From contig AP029158.1 in NCBI GenBank assembly GCA_037076615.1, forward strand, positions 463,717-527,716: a stretch of 64,000 bases of DNA, read 5' to 3'. Positions 38,253-44,804 of this stretch are shown in pieces. The translations under genes were made by a program, and so were the position numbers. Position 1 is the stretch's first letter; the number at the start of each line of letters is the position of its first letter. The stretch is from Candidatus Parcubacteria bacterium. GTDB lineage: Bacteria; Patescibacteriota; Patescibacteriia; Patescibacteriales; UBA12465. Below the pieces are notes generated by a model. It did not search any database. It worked only from the letters and a program-made list of their open reading frames with translations, and was not told the DNA's origin.

Positions 38253-39112
38253 TTAAAATCTCAACCAGTTTGGCGGAATCAGATCGCTATCATCCGCCTT
38301 ATCATTAGCAAACCATTGTTTTGGAGCGATTATTATTTTTGTAGGGTTACTAATTAACCATGCGCCCCACCAAGAAAATGAGCTATTAGCGACAACACCG
38401 TGACGGCACTGGCTCATTAAAGCAAGCTCTTCAAAGTCTTGGAGATTACCATCGGAAACGTAAACTGCATCTTCAATTTTTAGGTAATCTTGAACCCAAG
38501 AAATATCATCAGAAAAAATAAAAAACCTAGGATTTTTTACCTTCCCTCTCATAAACTTGACCGCTCGCTCGTAGTAATCCAAAGGACAAAGACCTAAAAA
38601 TTTATTAGCGGCGCTATTTGAAACATAATCACCACGACGAATATGAACAAAGATTGATTCAGATTCAGTAATATTTAGATTAGTATTTAAAGGAGTTTTT
38701 AATTTAAACTCTTCATTTAAAATATCCACTATATCCTCAAAGTATTTATAACTTTGAAAAAACCCTGTTAGCCAAATATTATCTTTAAGCCGTAAAATAT
38801 TAGAATCAAAGCCGACTCCATTTTCAAAATAATATTTTTTTAAATAAAATCGAGTCTTTAAACCAATTTTCCTTAATATTTTATGAAGTAGGTTTATTTT
38901 TTTATAAATAAGGCCAGCGGGATTATTACTTACCGCTTTAATATTATAGAGATTTAATAAATATTGACGTGGTGTATCCGAACCACCATAGGGGGGGTCA
39001 GATAACTATAATCAATATTTATTTCAGTATTATTCTTTAGCGCCAGTTGGCGAGCAACAGCGTACTGGAATAGTTGATTGCCAAGCCCACCTTTTATTTT
39101 TAAATTGACCAT
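38253..39112 (-). pseudogene. GT11 alpha-1,2-fucosyltransferase, reading frame broken at a C7 (G7 on + strand) homopolymer
   Basis: ATG at 39112 gives MVNLKIKGGLGNQLFQYAVARQLALKNNTEINIDYSYLTPP, then runs out of frame after the tract at 38991-38997. The next frame continues ..YGGSDTPRQYLLNLYNIKAV...HIRRGDY... to the stop at 38253. One extra C would give an intact 286-aa protein. Confidence 0.75.
38991..38997 (-). repeat. Homopolymer G7 (+ strand) / C7 (coding strand) at the fucosyltransferase frameshift
   Basis: Read directly: ...accata ggggggg tca... at 38991-38997. Confidence 0.9.
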
Positions 39113-39852
39113 AAACTTAAAAATATCCTTAAAATAGATTTTAATTTTGCCTTAAAGTAGCCAGGATAATCTTTTTTATATTTATTAATTATTTGATTAG
39201 TAACAATCGCTATTTTATACTTATTTTTTTTAGAAATCCCTTCATTATGTATAAGATAAGCGACAAGCGGTTCGCCAATATTTGCCAATCTAAAATTGCG
39301 TCCGATTTTTAACCATAAATCGAAATCTTCACAAACAACTAAAGATTCATCATAGCCAGCAACTAAATTAAATACTTCTTTTTTAAATAAAACACTGGAT
39401 TGGGCAAATTGATTTTTAAATAAAATTTTTTTTCTAATTGAATTATCTTGAGTTTTAAAAATATCTTCTTTTATTTTAATTCCCTTCTCATTAAAACAAA
39501 TAATGCCAGTACCAACTAACCCAACTCTACTATCTTGATTGAATATATTTAATTGTTTTTGCAGTTTATTATTATCTAACCAATAATCATCACTATCTAG
39601 CATGGCAATATATTCCCCCCTAGCCATGGAAATGCCTAAATTACGACTTTTAGAAATACCTAAATTGATATTATTCTTATAATATTTAATCCTTTCATCA
39701 GTTAAACTACCAATTAAAATTCCCGTATCATCAGTTGAAGCATCATCAATAATTATTAACTCAATATCTTTATAGGTCTGTAATAAAACACTCTTTATAG
39801 CTATTGAAAGTAAATCGGAACGATTGTAGGTACAAATAATAACAGAAATCAT
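39100..39852 (-). CDS. Glycosyltransferase family 2
   Basis: 250 aa. MISVIICTYNR, IIDDASTDDT, AMLDSDD (DxD). Confidence 0.8.
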   Translation of the reverse strand: MISVIICTYNRSDLLSIAIKSVLLQTYKDIELIIIDDASTDDTGILIGSLTDERIKYYKNNINLGISKSRNLGISMARGEYIAMLDSDDYWLDNNKLQKQLNIFNQDSRVGLVGTGIICFNEKGIKIKEDIFKTQDNSIRKKILFKNQFAQSSVLFKKEVFNLVAGYDESLVVCEDFDLWLKIGRNFRLANIGEPLVAYLIHNEGISKKNKYKIAIVTNQIINKYKKDYPGYFKAKLKSILRIFLSLWSI

Positions 39853-39863
39853 AAGTGAAAAAA

Positions 39864-40787
39864 TTATTTCTCTACCAATTCTGCTAGCCCAATAGCATTA
39901 TCTTTATGAATAAAAATTAAATTATCATAAACATATTTATCTTTTGCTTTGTGTAAACTAAGGTTTCCATTCACATCACACTCATATGCTATATAATTAT
40001 TTGTTAATAAAATATCAATAGACTTACGGCAATTATCCTTCCATTCATCCTCGCCAGCAACCTCAATACTAATAACCGGTTTTAATTCTTTCATAATATA
40101 ACCCATGCCTTCCAGAATAAGATGTTCTGCGCCCTCAGCATCAATTTTAATAAATGTTGGAGTTATATTATGTTTTTTACAATAATCATCAAGAACAGTT
40201 GTTTTAACTTTTATCTCAATAGCATTCTTCCTCAAAAATTTAGTGTCGTCAGATGTTCTTTTTCTAAATCCATTAAAAGCACTAAATTTAGGACCATAAT
40301 CTATAAAATTTATTTCTTTTTCCTCATTAAGAACGGCGAGATTATTGATAATTACATTACCACTTTCTTTTGTGTTTATTTTTAAAGATGAGAAAGTTCT
40401 TGGTGTCGGCTCAAAACTATAGACACGCCCAGAATCTTCAACCAACCGAGAGCACAAAACGGTATAGTAGCCAACGTGAGCACCAACATCTAAAAAACAA
40501 TCTCCCTTTTTGAGAAAATTTAATAAAAAAATAGTTAAATTTGCTTCAAAAAACCCATAATAAAGAATTGCCTGGCCTTCTGGTAAAAAATAAGTCATTT
40601 TATCACCCCATAAAGTTTTTACCCTGACTTTATAAGGATGAATTCGAGCTATTATGGCTAAAACGTAAAAAAACAATGTTCTAATTGGATCTTTAACTAA
40701 CCTCAAAAAACGATTATTATTTATTTTATAAAGCTCATGCCTTTTCAAAACTTTTTCTTTTAACAATTCCCTTTCCTCACTATTCAT
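39864..40787 (-). CDS. FkbM-family SAM-dependent methyltransferase
   Basis: 307 aa. FLDVGAHVGYYT SAM-binding motif, IKIDAEGAE motif typical of the FkbM family. Confidence 0.7.
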   Translation of the reverse strand: MNSEERELLKEKVLKRHELYKINNNRFLRLVKDPIRTLFFYVLAIIARIHPYKVRVKTLWGDKMTYFLPEGQAILYYGFFEANLTIFLLNFLKKGDCFLDVGAHVGYYTVLCSRLVEDSGRVYSFEPTPRTFSSLKINTKESGNVIINNLAVLNEEKEINFIDYGPKFSAFNGFRKRTSDDTKFLRKNAIEIKVKTTVLDDYCKKHNITPTFIKIDAEGAEHLILEGMGYIMKELKPVISIEVAGEDEWKDNCRKSIDILLTNNYIAYECDVNGNLSLHKAKDKYVYDNLIFIHKDNAIGLAELVEK

Positions 40788-40793
40788 ATTTTT

Positions 40794-41897
40794 TTAATTA
40801 TTTTTATAAACCTCTAAATATTTTTCTACCATCTCGGCAACAGAAAACCTATCAGTAGCGGCTAGCACTGAGCTATCTTTAAATAACAGCTGCAGAAAAT
40901 CATCTAAGTTATTTACTTCAAAACAATTCTCTTGACCAACTACCTCACTATTGCCACCAACATCACTGGCGATAGTCGGCACGCCCGACTTCAAGGCTTC
41001 AATAAGAGAAATAGATAAACCTTCATAAAGAGAGGGTAAAACAAAGACATTAAAAGCTTTAATAAAGCGGCTGGCTTCAGAAACTGCGCCCATTAAAAAA
41101 AACTGCCGCTCTAAACCTTTTTCTTTGATAAGTGTTTCATACTTTTCTCGCTCCGGACCTTCACCAATTATTACTCCTTTGGCATCAGGTTTTATTTTTA
41201 ATATCTCGGAGAAAGAATCAATTAAAAATTCATAATTTTTTGGAAAAGCTAGGCGACCAATAGAGCCAATAATATAAGCTTGGCTAAGATCCTCGCCAAG
41301 GCGATCAGAAATAAATTGTCGCGCCTCTTCTCGGTTTTTAAAATAACCACTCGGGAAATCTAAGCCGTTATAAATTAGAACGCCTTTTTTGGCGATGCCT
41401 AATTTTTTGGCAGTATTTAAATTATGCTCACTAACAAAAACCACCTTGTCGGTAAACCTTAGAAAGAATTTGAAAAAAGCCTTAAACCCTAATTTTATCA
41501 AAGGACTACTTTTATAATTCTCATCTAAAACCGATAGCCCGTGAACGGTAAAAATAACCCCTGGCTTAGGACCGCAAAGCTTGGCGGCCAGGGCTCCGGG
41601 TAAAGTGTTAGAGCTATTAAGATGAACAATATCAAAGCTTTCTCTCTTAATAACTCCTTTTAACTCTTTAATAAAAGATAAGATTTGAAAAGGATTACGG
41701 CTCCGCTTTAAGCTACCTAATCTGATTGTTTTTATTCCTGCCGGCGCTAGCTTCTCGGCCAAAAAATCACCCTCACCAAAAGCAACCACGACTTCGTGAT
41801 CTTTATGTTTAAGTCCTTGAGCGAGAGCTAAAATAAACGACTGGGCCCCGCCTATTTCGCCTTTGGTAATAACCAACAAAATCTTCATATTACCCAA
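40794..41897 (-). CDS. Glycosyltransferase family 1
   Basis: 367 aa. N-terminal KGEIGGAQSF. C-terminal PSLYEGLSISLIEALKSGVPTIASDVGG. Confidence 0.75.
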   Translation of the reverse strand: MGNMKILLVITKGEIGGAQSFILALAQGLKHKDHEVVVAFGEGDFLAEKLAPAGIKTIRLGSLKRSRNPFQILSFIKELKGVIKRESFDIVHLNSSNTLPGALAAKLCGPKPGVIFTVHGLSVLDENYKSSPLIKLGFKAFFKFFLRFTDKVVFVSEHNLNTAKKLGIAKKGVLIYNGLDFPSGYFKNREEARQFISDRLGEDLSQAYIIGSIGRLAFPKNYEFLIDSFSEILKIKPDAKGVIIGEGPEREKYETLIKEKGLERQFFLMGAVSEASRFIKAFNVFVLPSLYEGLSISLIEALKSGVPTIASDVGGNSEVVGQENCFEVNNLDDFLQLLFKDSSVLAATDRFSVAEMVEKYLEVYKNN

Positions 41898-41899
41898 TA

Positions 41900-42151
41900 T
41901 TATACCAGTTTGTTTTTAATATTCCTATTTTCCACCCCCTCCTCCAAATAGAAAAGTTTATCAATCGGCGTAGCGAGCTCGGCGGCAATCGTGAGCGCTA
42001 ATTTTAGCGAGGGATTGTACTTCCCTTGTTCTAAAAAAACAATGGTCTCCCGCCGCACCCCAACCCGCACCGCCAGATCTTCCTGGGTTAACCCCTGCTG
42101 CAAGCGACACTCTTTTAAATTGACGCCTAGCTCCTTATTTTTTCCAGGCAT
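41900..42151 (-). CDS. XRE-family helix-turn-helix transcriptional regulator
   Basis: 83 aa. [36 protein letters not shown]. Confidence 0.8.
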   Translation of the reverse strand: MPGKNKELGVNLKECRLQQGLTQEDLAVRVGVRRETIVFLEQGKYNPSLKLALTIAAELATPIDKLFYLEEGVENRNIKNKLV

Positions 42152-42512
42152 AGATTCTGAATAAAATGGAATAAAGAATCATCAGGAAGCAGGCGGAGTA
42201 AAAGAGAAAATTGGCGAGAGAAAATAAATATGAATTATCAGGATAACTGACATAAAGCACCATTCCGACCAGGGCGCAAACTCCGCTATAGATGCTAATG
42301 GCGTAAGTGGCCGCTCGGCCAGCCAACTGATAATCGCGTTCATCGGCTAAAACATCGGCGACACGGCGGCGTAAAATATAGAGTAGCCCCCAAGCAGCAA
42401 TCACCATTGCGACCGCCAAGTACCAGTTACGAAGTGACAAAGAAACGCTGATGCCCGCAGAGACAAAAACAATCAGCAGTAATCGGTAGATTTGATAAGT
42501 TTTTTTGGTCAT
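42135..42512 (-). CDS. Small 4-TM membrane protein co-transcribed with the XRE regulator (DUF2178-like arrangement)
   Basis: I prefer the ATG at 42512 ([16 protein letters not shown]...). The longer track ORF would cover the divergent promoter region. Overlaps the XRE gene by 17 nt. Confidence 0.45.
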   Translation of the reverse strand: MTKKTYQIYRLLLIVFVSAGISVSLSLRNWYLAVAMVIAAWGLLYILRRRVADVLADERDYQLAGRAATYAISIYSGVCALVGMVLYVSYPDNSYLFSLANFLFYSACFLMILYSILFRIYAWKK

Positions 42513-42540
42513 AGTTTTGTTAATTATTTCTAACAACTTA

Positions 42541-42569
42541 ATGTTAGAAAAAGATAACAAGATTGTCAA
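42541..42569 (-). promoter_or_regulatory. Candidate divergent promoter for the membrane-protein/XRE operon
   Basis: Minus strand TTGACA (42569-42564), 17 nt, TAACAT (42546-42541). Confidence 0.4.
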
Positions 42570-42594
42570 GACTCCTCTCACTCTGCTTGACAAT
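42562..42594. promoter_or_regulatory. Perfect 9-bp inverted repeat spanning both divergent -35 boxes (candidate XRE operator)
   Basis: ATTGTCAAG (42562-42570), 15 nt, CTTGACAAT (42586-42594). Confidence 0.4.
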
Positions 42595-42615
42595 ATAGAA
42601 TAAATATGCTATATT
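42587..42615 (+). promoter_or_regulatory. Near-consensus promoter for the 42653-43129 gene
   Basis: TTGACA (42587-42592), 17 nt, TATATT (42610-42615). Confidence 0.5.
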
Positions 42616-42652
42616 CAGGTCAGAACATAAACAACTAAATAAAATTATAATC

Positions 42653-43129
42653 ATGAAAGAAGAATTCATTAAAATCTTAAGCATTGTTTCTGCGCTCGGA
42701 ATTGCCGTTGCTATTATCGCCTATGTCATTAGTTTATTTGCTCCGAGTGCCATCCTAGACACTATTAGTGCCGTTGGCTTTTGCCTCTTTATCCTCCCGA
42801 TGTTTGGCTTGATCTTTGCCCTACCAGCGGGATTGGTAGCAGATGGCGAAGAATTTATTTCTTTCTGGGGTAAAGTCGGGCTTTTCTCATTGTTTTATCT
42901 ATTCCTGTTCCCATTCATCACCATGTTAATGGTTATCGCGACTGACGCGATCTTCCACTTCTTGCCCGACATTCATGAAGCGATGTCTTCCGGAGCGGAT
43001 AGACTAGCCGTTCAAGAGATGAGGGCGGAAGCTAGGTCGCTTTCCTTTATAATCGGAGGGATCGCGTACGGGGCAATGATACTGGCCGGTCTGATTTACA
43101 GAGCATTTACCAAAAAGGCAGAAGCTTAA
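42653..43129 (+). CDS. Hypothetical polytopic membrane protein
   Basis: 158-aa ORF, about 4 TM segments. A near-consensus promoter lies upstream and an intrinsic terminator downstream. Confidence 0.45.
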   Translation: MKEEFIKILSIVSALGIAVAIIAYVISLFAPSAILDTISAVGFCLFILPMFGLIFALPAGLVADGEEFISFWGKVGLFSLFYLFLFPFITMLMVIATDAIFHFLPDIHEAMSSGADRLAVQEMRAEARSLSFIIGGIAYGAMILAGLIYRAFTKKAEA

Positions 43130-43137
43130 AACAAAAA

Positions 43138-43167
43138 GCACCAACAACAATGTTGGTGCGTTTTTTT
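43138..43167 (+). terminator. Intrinsic terminator after the 42653-43129 gene
   Basis: GCACCAACA-ACAA-TGTTGGTGC, then G and TTTTTTT. Confidence 0.75.
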
Positions 43168-43176
43168 ATGTAAATA

Positions 43177-43710
43177 TTAATCAACAATAAATTCGGTGTT
43201 AGGCAACTTCTCGCGAATAATGCCTAGATCGTACTCCGAAAATTGATTGCCAGATATATTGAAGGTCTTTAAATTTTGCAGACCCCCCAATTCATATGGC
43301 AACCCCGTTAAATTGTTGTTTGAGAAATCTAGAATCTCTAACTGGCTCAAGTGACCAACTTCCGCCGGAATGCCGGTGAAATTATTGTCACTGGCATCAA
43401 GAATTTTTAATTTTTTCAGATTGCCGATTTGCGACGGCAGAGCACCGGATAAATTGTTGTTGGAAACATTGAGCGACTCCAACTCGGAGCGGTTAAATAT
43501 CGCCATATCCAATTTATCTAAGTTGCGACCGCTTAAATCTAAACTGGCACTATTTTTAATAGGCGTCTTATCCACATCTTTATCTTCGATCTAATTATTT
43601 TTGTTATCAGTTGGCGCTGTTGACTGTCCACCCGATAAAGTGCAACCAGAAATGAGGAGGGCGGCGGCGCCAAAAACCGCCAAACTATGTATTTTTTTAG
43701 TATTTTTCAT
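43177..43710 (-). pseudogene. Leucine-rich-repeat lipoprotein interrupted by an in-frame TAG
   Basis: ATG at 43710 encodes MKNTKKIHSLAVFGAAALLISGCTLSGGQSTAPTDNKNN (lipobox ISGC), then TAG at 43591-43593. The same frame continues IEDKDVDKTPIKN... into five ~23-aa LRRs (LxxLxLSNNNLTGxLP) to the stop at 43177. Confidence 0.6.
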
Positions 43711-43791
43711 ATATTTATTGTCTATTAGAGCGATTTATTTCTAACACTAAATGGCCGGTTTTACAATACAGAGGGGTGGCCTTTTTAATAC

Positions 43792-43817
43792 AAAAAAACA
43801 CCCGGACGGGTGTTTTT
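43792..43817 (-). terminator. Intrinsic terminator after the 43848-44396 gene
   Basis: Minus strand ACACCC-GTCC-GGGTGT followed by TTTTTTT. Confidence 0.7.
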
Positions 43818-43847
43818 CTAATTACAGAAAGCGCTGGTAAGCAATAA

Positions 43848-44396
43848 TTAATTATCCCCATATATTCCGGGAGAACAGATCCCTATCGCAACCTTTCCAT
43901 ATGGGCCATCGCTGTACTGATTTAACTGACTCTCCATTACGATATTTTTTTTCTTAAAAAAGGCAATCATACTTTTATCTTCTTCGAAGGTGTCTTCCAG
44001 TAAATATAAAACATCATCATTTTCACTAATTTTTTTTAAATTAACTGGACCATTAAACATTAAATCTCTCCTCATACGGGGAGTATCCGTTTGTAAGTCC
44101 ATTAAAATAATGTTAGTAGCAAACGTAAGGATGCCTGAGCTCGTAACAATTTTCTCACCTATCAATCTAGCGGTTGATTCTCCTATTAAGTTGCACGTAA
44201 CATTATTAGAAAAATTATCAGCTTCTGCCCAATATTCACCGATGTTTATTTCTGGACTGCCAGTATAATATTCATGAAAAGCTTTATGCTCTTCGTCCAT
44301 TACCGCTCCTGAGTGGGAAAGATATAAAAACAAAATTAGAAAAACAAGGAGACCCAAAACAACACTAATTAATAACACTAACTTGTTTCTTTTCAT
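43848..44396 (-). CDS. Hypothetical membrane-anchored protein (orphan)
   Basis: 182-aa ORF with an N-terminal TM helix. An extended -10 element lies upstream and a terminator downstream. Confidence 0.4.
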   Translation of the reverse strand: MKRNKLVLLISVVLGLLVFLILFLYLSHSGAVMDEEHKAFHEYYTGSPEINIGEYWAEADNFSNNVTCNLIGESTARLIGEKIVTSSGILTFATNIILMDLQTDTPRMRRDLMFNGPVNLKKISENDDVLYLLEDTFEEDKSMIAFFKKKNIVMESQLNQYSDGPYGKVAIGICSPGIYGDN

Positions 44397-44423
44397 AAAA
44401 AACTAATTAATTATTATGTTTTA

Positions 44424-44432
44424 ATTATACCA
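44424..44432 (-). promoter_or_regulatory. Candidate extended -10 promoter (TGgTATAAT) for the 43848-44396 gene
   Basis: Minus strand reads gTGgTATAATtaaaac, about 28 nt upstream of the ATG at 44396. Confidence 0.35.
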
Positions 44433-44433
44433 C

Positions 44434-44459
44434 AAAAAACACCCTAGCGGGTGTTTTTT
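44434..44459 (-). terminator. Intrinsic terminator immediately after the duplicated tRNA-Ser 3' end
   Basis: Minus strand AAAAAACACCC-GCTA-GGGTGTTTTTT. Confidence 0.7.
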
Positions 44460-44463
44460 ATAT

Positions 44464-44488
44464 GCGGAGAGCAAGGAATTACGAACCC
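44464..44488 (-). repeat. Direct repeat of the tRNA-Ser 3' end (acceptor 3' strand plus T-arm 3' half)
   Basis: The + strand GCGGAGAGCAAGG at 44464-44476 is identical to 44671-44683. It then continues aATTaCGAACCC versus gATT-CGAACCC in the tRNA. Confidence 0.85.
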
Positions 44489-44627
44489 GTCGCTTCGCTC
44501 CCCTCAGGGGGCTTCCGCCCTCTTAGGCACTCCTCATTTCATTCGTCGCTGACACCCCCGCAAAAACGGTGGGAAACCTAGGTTTCCCAAACCCTTCCTA
44601 GGGTTCGAATCTTTTCATAACCAACCC
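44489..44627 (-). other. Body of tRNA-Ser-linked non-coding module (module A)
   Basis: 139 nt without a plausible ORF. Contains anti-T-arm GATTCGAACCCT (44600-44611), an 18-nt perfect palindrome (44571-44588), ACGAATG (44540-44546) and a GGGC-GGAA-GCCC hairpin (44509-44520). Confidence 0.5.
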
Positions 44628-44670
44628 TCATACAACAAAGACGCCCCCTTGGGGCGTCTTTGTTGTATGA
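44628..44670 (-). terminator. Perfect 20-bp hairpin directly after tRNA-Ser
   Basis: TCATACAACAAAGACGCCCC / GGGGCGTCTTTGTTGTATGA with a 3-nt loop. GC-rich core flanked by A-rich and T-rich arms. Confidence 0.6.
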
Positions 44671-44671
44671 G

Positions 44672-44756
44672 CGGAGAGCAAGGGATTCGAACCCTTGATA
44701 CCTTGCGGTATACACGCTTTCCAAGCGTGCGCACTAGACCACTATGCGAGCTCTCC
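44672..44756 (-). tRNA. tRNA-Ser (anticodon GGA), class II with long variable arm; CCA not encoded
   Basis: Minus strand GGAGAGC-TC-GCATAGTGGTCTAGTGC-G-CACGC-TTGGAAA-GCGTG-TATACCGCAAGGTATC-AAGGG-TTCGAAT-CCCTT-GCTCTCC-G. Hand-folded cloverleaf. Confidence 0.9.
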
Positions 44757-44804
44757 AAAAGCGCCCGAAGGCGCTGAGGGGTAAAATTAAATCCGAAAAC
44801 AGAA

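Noticed and set aside
44464-44560. Possible second tRNA (Ser-like or Sec-like) ending in GCTCTCCG
   Set aside because: Only the 3' ~25 nt resemble a tRNA. I found no matching 5' acceptor strand: the best candidate, GGAGTGC, has a mismatch and leaves only 69 nt with no D-arm. There is no 7-nt anticodon loop, and the T-stem is broken by an inserted base. I treat it as a repeat of the tRNA 3' end rather than a gene.
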